Position numbers and translations under genes: made by a program | Shown: positions 32,343 through 44,216 of the stretch, piece by piece | Numbering within the stretch: position 1 is the stretch's first letter | Layout of the letters: every line of letters begins with the position of its first letter | Notes under the pieces: generated by a model | The model's input: the letters and a program-made list of their open reading frames with translations, nothing else | Database searches by the model: none | Told to the model about the DNA's origin: nothing | Origin: Escherichia coli | GTDB taxonomy: Bacteria > Pseudomonadota > Gammaproteobacteria > Enterobacterales > Enterobacteriaceae | Length of the DNA: 64,000 nucleotides | Assembly: GCF_003334255.1 (NCBI RefSeq) | Contig: NZ_QOWU01000001.1 | Strand: one strand, 5' to 3'

Positions 32343-34235
32343 TTACATCACCAGACGGCGAATGTCAGACAGCGTGTTGTTAATGATGGTAATGAAACGG
32401 GCACCATCAGCACCGTCGATCACGCGGTGGTCGAAGGAGAGAGAAATCGGCAGCATCAGACGCGGCACGAACTCTTTACCATTCCACACCGGCTCCATCG
32501 CGGACTTGGAAACGCCGAGGATAGCCACTTCCGGCGCGTTCACAATCGGCGCGAAGTGGGTAGTACCCAGGCCGCCGATGCTGGAGATGGTGAAGCAACC
32601 GCCCTGCATTTCGCCCGCAGTCAGCTTACCGTCACGCGCTTTCTTAGAAATAGTCATCAGCTCGCGAGACAGCTCGATGATGCCTTTCTTGTTGACGTCT
32701 TTGAATACCGGAACAACCAGACCGTTCGGGGTATCCACCGCCACACCGATGTTGATGTATTTCTTCAGGGTCAGACGCTGACCGTCTTCCGACAGCGAAC
32801 TATTGAAGCGAGGCATCTGCTCAAGAGCTGCAGCAACGGCTTTCATGATGAAGACAACCGGGGTGATCTTCACATCCAGCTTACGTTTCGCCGCTTCTTC
32901 GTTCTGCTGTTTACGGAACGCTTCCAACTCGGTGATATCGGTTTTGTCGAAGTGAGTAACATGCGGGATCATTACCCAGTTACGGCTCAGGTTCGCACCA
33001 GAGATTTTCTGGATGCGGCCCAGTTCCACTTCTTCGATTTCACCAAACTTGCTGAAGTCCACCTTCGGCCACGGCAGCATGCCAGGGATACCACCGCCAG
33101 TCGCTGCCGGAGCTGCTTCTGCACGTTTGATAGCTTCTTTCACGTAAGCCTGAACGTCTTCGCGCAGGATACGACCTTTACGGCCAGTGCCCTTCACTTT
33201 CGCAAGGTTAACACCAAACTCGCGTGCCAGACGGCGGATCAGCGGAGTCGCGTGAACATAAGCGTCGTTTTCAGCAAATTCAGATTTGCCTTCCGCTTTC
33301 GCAGCTGGTGCTGCTGCCGGGGCTTCAGCTTTTGCTGCCGGTGCCGGCGCTGCCGCTTCCTGTTTCGCAGGAGCTGCCGCAGGCGCTGCGCCTTCAACTT
33401 CGAAGATCATAATCAGCGAGCCAGTTTTCACTTTATCGCCAACGTTGACTTTCAGTTCCTTCACGACGCCTGCAAACGGCGCCGGAACTTCCATAGAAGC
33501 TTTGTCGCCTTCTACGGTGATCAGTGACTGTTCAGCGGCAACTTTGTCGCCCACTTTCACCATCACTTCAGTCACTTCAACTTCGTCACCGCCGATATCC
33601 GGAACGTTAACTTCTTTCACGCCAGCCGCTGGTGCAGGGGCCGCTGCCGGAGCTGCTTCCTGTTTAGCGGCCGGAGCTGCCGCGCCTGCTTCACCCGCGA
33701 CTTCGAAGACCATAATCAGCGAGCCGGTAGACACTTTGTCACCCACGTTCACTTTGATCTCTTTCACGGTGCCAGCAAACGGAGCCGGAACTTCCATAGA
33801 AGCCTTGTCGCCTTCTACGGTGATCAGCGACTGTTCAGCTTCAACTTTATCGCCAACTTTCACCAGGATTTCGGTCACTTCAACTTCGTCGCTGCCGATA
33901 TCCGGAACGTTAACGTCTTTTGCCGCCGCAGCCGCTGGTGCTGCTGCCGGAGCTGCTTCTTTCTTCTCTTCTGCCTGAGCAGGTGCAGCGTCTGCTGCAC
34001 CGTCGGCGGAATCGAAAATCATAATCAGTGCGCCGGTCTGGGTTTTATCGCCAACAGAGACTTTGATCTCTTTAACGATACCCGCCTGCGGAGACGGAAC
34101 TTCCATAGAGGCTTTGTCGCCTTCTACGGTGATCAGCGACTGTTCGGCTTCAACTTTGTCGCCCACTTTGACCAGGATCTCGGTGATTTCAACTTCATCA
34201 GCCCCGATGTCCGGTACTTTGATTTCGATAGCCAT
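32343..34235 (-). CDS. aceF: dihydrolipoyllysine-residue acetyltransferase (PDH E2) with three lipoyl domains
   Basis: 630 aa; three repeated lipoyl domains each with the EGDKASME lipoyl-lysine motif, Ala/Pro-rich linkers, C-terminal catalytic domain with DHRxxDG. Confidence 0.95.
33290..34235 (-). repeat. triplicated lipoyl-domain coding repeat (about 306-309 bp period) within aceF
   Basis: Near-identical DNA blocks such as ggaacttccatagaagc.ttgtcgccttctacggtgatcag recur at about 33486, 33792 and 34098. Confidence 0.85.
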
Positions 34236-34249
34236 TATTCTTTTACCTC

Positions 34250-36913
34250 TTACGCCAGACGCGGGTTAACTTTATCTGCATCGATGTTGAATTTGGCGAT
34301 TGCGTCAGCAACCACTTTCTTATCGATTTCGCCACGTTTAGCCAGTTCGCCCAGCGCCGCAACCACGACATAAGAAGCATCAACTTCGAAGTGGTGACGC
34401 AGGTTCTCACGGCTGTCGGAACGACCGAAGCCATCAGTACCCAGTACGCGGTAGTCGTCAGCCGGTACGTAAGTACGGACCTGCTCAGCGAACAGTTTCA
34501 TATAGTCGGTAGATGCCACTGCCGGAGCGTCGTTCATCACCTGAGCGATATACGGAACGCGCGGAGTTTCCAGCGGGTGCAGCATGTTCCAGCGTTCACA
34601 ATCCTGACCATCACGCGCCAGCTCGGTGAAGGAGGTCACGCTATAAACGTCAGAACCTACGCCGTAATCTTTCGCCAGGATCTCAGCTGCTTCACGGACG
34701 TGACGCAGGATAGAACCGGAGCCGAGCAGCTGAACTTTACCTTTGCTACCTTCAATAGTTTCGAGTTTGTAGATACCTTTACGGATACCTTCCTCAGCAC
34801 CTTCCGGCATTGCCGGCATGTGGTAGTTTTCGTTCAGCGTAGTGATGTAGTAGTAAACGTTCTCTTGTTTTTCACCGTACATACGCTCCAGACCGTCATG
34901 CATGATGACAGCAACTTCGTAAGCGTAAGCCGGGTCGTAAGAGATACAGTTCGGGATAGTCAGCGACTGAATGTGGCTGTGACCATCTTCGTGCTGCAGA
35001 CCTTCGCCGTTCAGGGTGGTACGACCGGAAGTACCGCCGATCAGGAAGCCACGCGCTTGCTGGTCGCCAGCCGCCCAGCACAGATCGCCAATACGCTGGA
35101 AGCCGAACATCGAGTAATAGATGTAGAACGGGATCATCGGCAGATTGTTGGTGCTGTAAGAGGTCGCCGCTGCCAGCCAGGAACAACCTGCGCCCAGCTC
35201 GTTGATCCCTTCCTGCAGAATCTGACCTTTCTCGTCTTCTTTATAGTAAGCAACCTGCTCGCGGTCCTGCGGGGTGTACTGCTGACCGTTCGGGCTGTAA
35301 ATACCAATCTGACGGAACAGACCTTCCATACCGAAAGTACGCGCTTCGTCGGCGATGATCGGTACCAGACGATCTTTGATCGACTTGTTCTTCAGCATCA
35401 CGTTCAGAGCACGAACGAAAGCGATAGTGGTAGAGATCTCTTTGCTCTGCTCTTCCAACAGCGCGCCGAAGTCTTGCAGGCTCGGCAGCTCAAGCTTCTC
35501 GGTGAAGTTCGGCTGACGGCTTGGCAGATAACCGTGCAGTTTCTGACGCTGAGCGTGCAGATAGGTATGCTCTTCAGAACCTTCCGGGAAGGTGATGTAC
35601 GGCAGTTTTTCGATATCTGCATCAGACACCGGCACATTGAAACGGTCGCGGATATGACGCACACCGTCCATGTTCATTTTCTTAACCTGGTGCGCGATGT
35701 TTTTACCTTCAGCCGCGTCGCCCATGCCGTAACCTTTAATGGTATGAGCAAGGATTACTGTCGCTTTGCCTTTGGTTTCCTGCGCTTTCTTGAATGCAGC
35801 GTAGATTTTCTTCGGATCGTGACCACCACGGTTCAGTGCCCAGATCTGCTCGTCAGTCCAGTCTGCAACCAGTGCTGCGGTTTCAGGATATTTACCGAAG
35901 AAGTGTTCACGAACGTACGCACCATCTTTCGATTTGAAGGTCTGGTAGTCGCCGTCAACGGTTTCGTTCATCAGCTGGATCAGTTTACCGCTGGTATCCT
36001 TACGCAGCAGTTCATCCCAACGGCTACCCCACATCACTTTGATCACGTTCCAGCCAGCACCTTCGAAGATGCCTTCCAGTTCGTTGATGATCTTGCCGTT
36101 ACCGGTGACCGGGCCGTCAAGACGCTGCAGGTTACAGTTGATAACGAAGACCAGGTTATCCAGTTTTTCACGGGTAGCGATGGTGATCGCACCTTTGGAT
36201 TCCGGTTCGTCCATTTCACCGTCACCGAGGAACGCGTAAACGGTTTGTTTAGAGGTATCTTTCAGGCCACGGTGTTCCAGATATTTCAGGAATTTAGCCT
36301 GGTAAATAGCACCAATCGGACCCAGACCCATAGATACGGTCGGGAACTGCCAGAATTCCGGCATCAGTTTCGGGTGCGGATAGGAAGAGAGGCCATTGCC
36401 GTGAACTTCCTGACGGAAGTTATCCAGCTGCTCCTGAGTCAGACGACCTTCCAGGAAAGCACGAGCGTACACGCCCGGGGAGATGTGGCCCTGGAAGTAA
36501 ACCAGGTCGCCGCCATCCTGCTCGTTGCGTGCACGGAAGAAGTGGTTAAAGCACACATCATAAATGGTTGCGGAAGACTGGAAGGACGCCATATGGCCGC
36601 CCAGTTCGAGGTCTTTTTTCGACGCACGCAGCACCGTCATGATGGCGTTCCAGCGGATAGCTGAACGAATACGGCGTTCCAGTTCCAGATTACCCGGATA
36701 CTCCGGTTGTTCTTCAACGGGGATGGTGTTGATGTAGTTGCTGATACCTGTGCCTGCGGCTACGTTTACACCGCCTTTGCGGGCTTCAGCAAGCAGTTGG
36801 TCGATCAGATACTGAGCACGCTCAACACCTTCTTCACGGATGACCGATTCGATCGCCTGGAGCCAGTCGCGAGTTTCGATCGGATCCACGTCATTTGGGA
36901 AACGTTCTGACAT
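34250..36913 (-). CDS. aceE: pyruvate dehydrogenase E1 component
   Basis: 887 aa, [29 protein letters not shown]...; matches AceE. Confidence 0.95.
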
Positions 36914-37073
36914 GGGTTATTCCTTATCTATCTAATAACGTTGAGTTTTCTGGAACCTGTCCCATTGAACTCTCGCCGGAAAGCTCAATAAGACAGGTTC
37001 TACGTTTAGTTGCCGCGCTTTTATATGCGCTTGATTTACAACATCTTCTGGATAATTTTTACCAGAAAAATCA

Positions 37074-37838
37074 CTAATTCTTTCGTTGCTCCAGACGACG
37101 CAGAGAACGCTCACGGCGGCTCTCTTCACGACTTCTGTCGAGCAAAATTTCTTCGATAAAGGCCAGATGGCGATGCGATGCTTCGCGCGCTTCTTCCGGC
37201 TTACCGGCCATAATCGCTTCAAATATGCGGGTGCGGTGACTACTCACCAGCGGCAGCATCTCGCGACGCGAATAGAGCAATTCGAAGTTCTGGCGGACAT
37301 TCTGGGCCAACATCGGCTCCATACACCTTAGCAGATGAAGCAGAACCACATTGTGGGCCGCTTCGGTGACGGCAATCTGATACTGGAGTACGGCGTTTGA
37401 TTCCGCGTCCAGATCGCCAGACTGCTGCGCCAGCTCTATGGCGTGGTGGAGTTCACGGATGCGTTCCTTGTCTTCATCGGTACTACGCAGCGCGGCGTAA
37501 TAAGCGGCGATACCTTCCAGGGCGTGTCGTGTTTCGAGCAAGTCATACTGTGACTCAGGATGGTCGGAGAGCAGCTCCACCAGCGGATCGCTGAAGCTTT
37601 GCCATAGGCTGCTCTGGACAAAAGTGCCGCCACCCTGGCGACGAAGCAACAAGCCCTTCGCTTCGAGACGTTGAATCGCCTCACGCAAGGAGGGACGGGA
37701 GACGTCAAACTGTTTTGCCAGTTCGCGTTCCGGTGGGAGTTTTTCGCCCGGGCGGAGAGTGCCTTCGAGGATCAAAAACTCCAGTTGCTGCTCAATCACA
37801 TCGGAGAGTTTTGGTTGGCGGATTTTGCTGTAGGCCAT
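37074..37838 (-). CDS. pdhR: GntR-family transcriptional repressor of the pdhR-aceEF-lpd operon
   Basis: Trimmed to [54 protein letters not shown] (254 aa), ATG confirmed at 37836-37838; winged-HTH GntR N-terminus. Confidence 0.93.
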
Positions 37839-37869
37839 GAGTTCCTGTCTTAAGCCACTTGCCGAAGTC

Positions 37870-37886
37870 AATTGGTCTTACCAATT
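37870..37886. promoter_or_regulatory. PdhR operator (auto-regulatory site in the pdhR promoter)
   Basis: Perfect palindrome AATTGGTCTTACCAATT about 32 bp upstream of the pdhR start codon; matches the GntR-family/PdhR box as I recall it (ATTGGT...ACCAAT). Confidence 0.75.
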
Positions 37887-38290
37887 TCATGTCTGTGACG
37901 CTAAAGTAACAAAGTATTCACCTTATGTCCATACAGGTTTTGATTGAAATCATGAAACTGTGCACATTTTAACAACTTGACATATATAACGTTTCAAAGT
38001 TGTAACTATGCACAAATGTAGACTTTACGTAGGAAAGGAGTTTTTTAACGATTATTAAACTATAAAAATCCGAATTGAACCGATTCACTTACCAATTTTG
38101 TGATTTTTAATTCAATTAAAACGAATTTAAATTCATTCTACATATTGAGAGGGGTTGAGGCTGAGCTTTACAAACGGTTTCTTTTTAAGCAACTCATCTT
38201 CAACCATGCATAAAGCGGGTGCATTCGCTGCCGCATACCATTATTCTTGATCTGACGGAAGTCTTTTTGTAACAATTCAAACTTCTTTGA

Positions 38291-38308
38291 TGTAAACAAA
38301 TTAATACA
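38291..38308 (+). promoter_or_regulatory. TyrR box-like site upstream of aroP
   Basis: TGTAAAcaaattAATACA resembles the TyrR box consensus TGTAAA-N6-TTTACA; about 70 bp upstream of the aroP start. Confidence 0.5.
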
Positions 38309-38378
38309 ACAAACGGAATTGCAAACTTACACACGCATCACTGCGTAGATCAAAAAAACAACCACCGCACGAGGTTTC

Positions 38379-39752
38379 ATGATGGAAGGTCAACAGCACG
38401 GCGAGCAGCTAAAGCGCGGCCTTAAAAACCGCCATATTCAGCTTATCGCGCTGGGTGGCGCGATAGGGACCGGGTTATTCCTGGGTAGCGCCTCCGTAAT
38501 ACAGTCCGCAGGGCCAGGGATTATCCTGGGTTACGCCATTGCTGGTTTTATCGCCTTTCTGATCATGCGTCAGCTGGGTGAAATGGTGGTCGAAGAACCT
38601 GTCGCAGGCTCCTTTAGCCACTTTGCTTATAAATACTGGGGCAGTTTTGCCGGTTTCGCCTCTGGCTGGAACTACTGGGTACTGTACGTTTTAGTTGCCA
38701 TGGCTGAGCTGACTGCCGTGGGTAAATACATTCAGTTCTGGTATCCGGAAATCCCCACCTGGGTTTCTGCCGCCGTATTCTTTGTGGTGATTAACGCCAT
38801 CAACCTGACCAACGTTAAAGTGTTTGGCGAGATGGAGTTCTGGTTTGCCATTATCAAAGTTATCGCGGTGGTAGCGATGATCATCTTCGGCGGCTGGCTG
38901 CTATTCAGTGGCAACGGCGGCCCGCAGGCGACCGTTAGCAACCTGTGGGATCAGGGTGGTTTCCTGCCGCACGGCTTCACCGGGCTGGTGATGATGATGG
39001 CGATTATCATGTTCTCGTTCGGTGGTCTGGAACTGGTGGGGATCACCGCAGCAGAAGCTGATAACCCGGAGCAAAGTATACCGAAAGCAACTAACCAGGT
39101 TATCTACCGCATCCTGATTTTCTATATTGGTTCGTTAGCCGTTCTGCTCTCACTGATGCCGTGGACCCGCGTTACCGCCGATACCAGTCCGTTTGTGCTG
39201 ATCTTCCACGAGTTAGGCGATACCTTTGTGGCGAATGCGCTGAACATCGTGGTACTGACTGCGGCGCTCTCCGTGTACAACAGCTGCGTATATTGCAACA
39301 GCCGTATGCTGTTTGGTCTGGCACAACAGGGTAATGCGCCAAAAGCGCTGGCGTCTGTCGATAAACGTGGTGTACCAGTAAATACCATTCTGGTGTCTGC
39401 ACTGGTAACGGCGTTGTGCGTACTGATTAACTACCTTGCCCCAGAGTCCGCTTTCGGACTGTTAATGGCGCTGGTGGTATCTGCACTGGTAATCAACTGG
39501 GCGATGATTAGCCTGGCGCATATGAAATTCCGTCGCGCCAAGCAGGAACAAGGCGTGGTAACTCGCTTCCCTGCTCTGCTTTATCCGCTGGGTAACTGGA
39601 TCTGCCTGCTGTTTATGGCGGCGGTACTGGTGATTATGCTGATGACCCCAGGAATGGCGATTTCGGTATACCTGATCCCGGTATGGCTGATCGTGTTAGG
39701 TATCGGCTATCTGTTTAAAGAGAAAACCGCCAAAGCCGTAAAAGCGCATTAA
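38379..39752 (+). CDS. aroP: aromatic amino acid:H+ symporter (APC family)
   Basis: 457 aa, 12 predicted hydrophobic helices, MMEGQQHGEQLKRGLKNRHIQLIALGGAIGTGLFLG.... Confidence 0.93.
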   Translation: MMEGQQHGEQLKRGLKNRHIQLIALGGAIGTGLFLGSASVIQSAGPGIILGYAIAGFIAFLIMRQLGEMVVEEPVAGSFSHFAYKYWGSFAGFASGWNYWVLYVLVAMAELTAVGKYIQFWYPEIPTWVSAAVFFVVINAINLTNVKVFGEMEFWFAIIKVIAVVAMIIFGGWLLFSGNGGPQATVSNLWDQGGFLPHGFTGLVMMMAIIMFSFGGLELVGITAAEADNPEQSIPKATNQVIYRILIFYIGSLAVLLSLMPWTRVTADTSPFVLIFHELGDTFVANALNIVVLTAALSVYNSCVYCNSRMLFGLAQQGNAPKALASVDKRGVPVNTILVSALVTALCVLINYLAPESAFGLLMALVVSALVINWAMISLAHMKFRRAKQEQGVVTRFPALLYPLGNWICLLFMAAVLVIMLMTPGMAISVYLIPVWLIVLGIGYLFKEKTAKAVKAH

Positions 39753-39761
39753 TCTCTCTAC

Positions 39762-39786
39762 GCCCTCACCCGTACAGGGTGAGGGC
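39762..39786. terminator. bidirectional stem-loop between convergent aroP and ampE
   Basis: 10-bp stem gccctcaccc / gggtgagggc with 5-nt loop, starting 10 nt after the aroP stop. Confidence 0.6.
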
Positions 39787-39794
39787 AATAATCT

Positions 39795-40649
39795 TTACAC
39801 CAACGCCCCGTAAATCGTCAGTAGTGCAATCACCACCACGACCACGAACGAGGTTTTCTTCGCCATTGAAACCGCTGCCTTCGGCGTCTCCACCTTATCG
39901 ACATGCGGTTCACGCGCCAGAGAGAACTGCGCCAGACGCGTTAACACCTGATACTGCGAAGTATGGAAATCACCCAGCGAAGCAAACCAGGCCGGTAACG
40001 CTTTCTCACCATGACCGATCAAGGCATATACCACACCCGCAAGACGAACCGGCACCCAATCCAGTACATGAAGCACGGCATCAATGCCGGACTGTAAACG
40101 ATGATGCGGCGTCTGATATCGCGCCAGCCAGTATTGCCATGCACGCAAAAACGCATACCCCATCAGCGTAACGGGTCCCCAGGTTCCCCCCACAATCAGC
40201 CAGAACAGCGGTGCAAGATAAAAACGAAAGTTAATCCACAGCAATGCATTTTGCAGCTCACGCAAATACTCACGTTCGTCGCAGCCTGCCGGGACGCCGT
40301 GAATCATGGTGAGTTCGCCAGCCATCGTGGCACGGGCATGGCTATCATTACGTGAAGCAGCTGTCAGATAAGCATGATAATGAAGACGAACTTTACCTGC
40401 GCCAATACACAGCAAACCAATCAGCAGCCACACCAGTAGCGTGGGAACGTTGAACAATACTCCCTGCAATGCGCGTAACAGTAAAAAAGTCACGCCCATC
40501 GCAATAATGGTCATGCCTAACGTGCGCCCGAGAGAAAAATGTTTCACCCGCCGAAAGAACGCTTCAAGACGATGATCAAGCTGCCAGTGCTCGCCCAACT
40601 TAAACAGGCGCTCGAAAATTAACACCAGTAAGGTTGTAAATAGCGTCAT
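39795..40649 (-). CDS. ampE: inner-membrane protein AmpE
   Basis: Trimmed to [25 protein letters not shown]... (284 aa); downstream of and overlapping ampD. Confidence 0.88.
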
Positions 40650-41197
40650 GTTGTCTCCTTGCTGACCAGCACACGAAACCGTGCCCAATCAAATGCAGGA
40701 CCGGGATCGGTTTTCCGATCCGGCGCAATATCACAATGGCCCGTCATGTTTTTAGCGATATCCGGATAGCAATCAATCAGTGCCCGCGTAACCGCCGCAA
40801 GCTGTTGATACTGCGCATCGGTATACGCCAGCGTATCGGTGCCTTCAAGCTCAATCCCAATAGAAAAATCATTGCAGCGTTCGCGCCCCTGATACTGAGA
40901 GACTCCCGCATGCCATGCACGTTTATCGAAAGGAACATACTGGACTATTTCACCATCACGGCGAATCAAACAGTGAGCGGAGACGCGCAAATGGGCGATC
41001 TCAGCAAAGAAAGGATGTGCCTGCGGATCAATAGTTCCAGTGAATAATGCGTCGATCCACGGACCGCCAAACTCGCCTGGCGGCAGGCTAATATTGTGCA
41101 CCACCAGCAGGGTGGGTGTTTCGTCATCCGGGCGGCAATCGTAATGTGGTGAGGGAACGCGGCGCGCGCCAACCAGCCACCCCTGTTCTAACAACAT
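40646..41197 (-). CDS. ampD: 1,6-anhydro-N-acetylmuramyl-L-alanine amidase
   Basis: 183 aa, [25 protein letters not shown]...; amidase_2 fold; 4-bp overlap with ampE. Confidence 0.93.
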
Positions 41198-41224
41198 GCA
41201 GGATCTCCTTATATGTGGTGCTAA

Positions 41225-42178
<954 letters not shown>

Positions 42179-42380
42179 TAGTTGACAGATTTATCCGCTC
42201 CATCGCGGGCGGATAATCTCCCCTTCCCCAACTTTCTTCGTAACGCCTCGCAAATTTCTTGTCTTTCGCTGCAACGAAATAAAAAACCTCGGAATCTGCT
42301 TTCCCGTTTCGTTTTTTGCCCCTCGCCTGTGCTGATGGCGTTTGCCAAAGTAGCGCCAACCAAATCAAGGAGCGAAACAG

Positions 42381-42821
42381 ATGGACAAGCAACGCGGTTT
42401 TACACTTATCGAACTGATGGTGGTTATTGGCATCATTGCCATTTTAAGCGCCATTGGTATTCCCGCTTATCAAAACTACCTGCGCAAAGCCGCACTCACC
42501 GACATGCTACAAACCTTTGTGCCTTACCGTACCGCCGTAGAGTTGTGCGCGCTGGAACATGGTGGATTAGATACCTGCGACGGTGGCAGCAATGGCATTC
42601 CCTCGCCTACCACCACCCGCTATGTTTCAGCCATGAGTGTGGCAAAGGGCGTGGTGTCGCTGACCGGGCAAGAAAGTCTCAATGGGCTAAGCGTCGTCAT
42701 GACACCGGGTTGGGATAACGCAAACGGCGTCACCGGCTGGACGCGCAACTGCAATATTCAAAGTGACAGCGCATTGCAGCAAGCCTGCGAAGATGTCTTC
42801 CGCTTTGATGACGCCAACTAA
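42381..42821 (+). CDS. ppdD: type IV prepilin (major pilin)
   Basis: 146 aa; class III leader MDKQRGFTLIELMVVIGIIAIL with prepilin peptidase cleavage site G/FTLIE. Confidence 0.92.
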   Translation: MDKQRGFTLIELMVVIGIIAILSAIGIPAYQNYLRKAALTDMLQTFVPYRTAVELCALEHGGLDTCDGGSNGIPSPTTTRYVSAMSVAKGVVSLTGQESLNGLSVVMTPGWDNANGVTGWTRNCNIQSDSALQQACEDVFRFDDAN

Positions 42822-42830
42822 GGAGCGGCA

Positions 42831-44216
42831 ATGAATATTCCACAGCTCACTGCCCTGTGTCTGCGTTATCATGGAGTCTTGCTGGATGCCAGCGAAGAGG
42901 TGGTTCATGTTGCGGTAGTCGATGCACCTTCGCATGAGCTACTGGACGCATTGCATTTCGCTACCACCAAACGTATTGAGATCACCTGCTGGACGCGCCA
43001 ACAAATGGAAGGTCACGCCAGTCGCACACAACAGACATTGCCCGTAGCTGTTCAGGAGAAGCATCAGCCCAAAGCAGAGTTGCTAACTCGAACGTTACAA
43101 TCTGCGCTGGAACAACGCGCGTCTGATATTCATATCGAACCAGCGGACAATGCCTACCGCATCCGCTTGCGTATCGACGGCGTATTGCATCCTTTACCGG
43201 ATGTTTCACCGGATGCCGGAGTCGCATTAACCGCCAGATTAAAAGTGCTGGGAAACCTGGATATTGCGGAACATCGCCTGCCGCAGGACGGGCAATTCAC
43301 TGTCGAACTGGCAGGAAACGCCGTCTCATTTCGTATTGCGACCTTACCATGTCGGGGTGGTGAAAAGGTGGTATTAAGGTTGTTACAGCAGGTGGGTCAG
43401 GCACTGGATGTCAACACGCTTGGAATGCAGCCGTTACAACTGGCGGACTTTGCTCATGCCTTGCAACAACCACAGGGACTGGTGCTGGTAACTGGCCCTA
43501 CCGGCAGCGGCAAAACGGTCACGCTTTATAGTGCCCTGCAAAAGCTGAATACCGCTGACATTAATATTTGTAGCGTCGAAGATCCAGTTGAGATCCCCAT
43601 AGCCGGACTAAACCAGACGCAAATCCATCCGCGTGCCGGACTCACCTTTCAGGGCGTTTTGCGTGCGTTATTGCGCCAGGATCCTGACGTCATCATGATC
43701 GGAGAGATCCGCGATGGCGAAACAGCAGAGATCGCTATTAAAGCGGCGCAAACTGGTCACCTGGTGTTGTCTACCCTACACACTAATTCCACCTGCGAAA
43801 CGCTGGTACGTTTACAGCAAATGGGGGTCGCCCGCTGGATGCTATCATCGGCGCTTACGCTGGTAATAGCCCAGCGTCTGGTACGCAAACTTTGCCCACA
43901 TTGTCGCCGGCAGCAAGGGGAGCCCATCCACATTCCAGACAATGTATGGCCATCGCCGCTGCCCCACTGGCAGGCACCCGGTTGTGTACATTGCTACCAC
44001 GGTTTTTATGGTCGTACGGCCTTATTTGAAGTTCTGCCCATAACGCCGGTCATTCGTCAGCTTATTTCCGCTAATACCGACGTTGAATCGCTGGAAACGC
44101 ACGCACGACAGGCGGGTATGCGTACGCTTTTTGAAAACGGCTGCCTGGCCGTAGAGCAAGGCTTAACCACCTTTGAAGAGTTAATCCGCGTACTGGGGAT
44201 GCCGCATGGCGAGTAA
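42831..44216 (+). CDS. hofB: type IV pilus assembly ATPase (GspE/PilB family)
   Basis: 461 aa; Walker A GPTGSGKT, Asp box and His box; C-terminal Cys tetrad CPHC...CVHC. Confidence 0.9.
   Translation: MNIPQLTALCLRYHGVLLDASEEVVHVAVVDAPSHELLDALHFATTKRIEITCWTRQQMEGHASRTQQTLPVAVQEKHQPKAELLTRTLQSALEQRASDIHIEPADNAYRIRLRIDGVLHPLPDVSPDAGVALTARLKVLGNLDIAEHRLPQDGQFTVELAGNAVSFRIATLPCRGGEKVVLRLLQQVGQALDVNTLGMQPLQLADFAHALQQPQGLVLVTGPTGSGKTVTLYSALQKLNTADINICSVEDPVEIPIAGLNQTQIHPRAGLTFQGVLRALLRQDPDVIMIGEIRDGETAEIAIKAAQTGHLVLSTLHTNSTCETLVRLQQMGVARWMLSSALTLVIAQRLVRKLCPHCRRQQGEPIHIPDNVWPSPLPHWQAPGCVHCYHGFYGRTALFEVLPITPVIRQLISANTDVESLETHARQAGMRTLFENGCLAVEQGLTTFEELIRVLGMPHGE

Noticed and set aside
32298-33978. 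409-aa and 230-aa plus-strand ORFs antisense to aceF, including an Ala/Gly/Ser-rich frame
   Set aside because: Produced by the reverse complement of the Ala/Pro-rich lipoyl linker repeats; this is a by-product of the repeat, not a gene.
34391-36664. 757-aa plus-strand ORF antisense to aceE
   Set aside because: Antisense shadow of aceE; translation is low-complexity (R, V, F, T rich) with no recognisable domain; long antisense ORFs are expected opposite highly expressed genes with strong codon bias.
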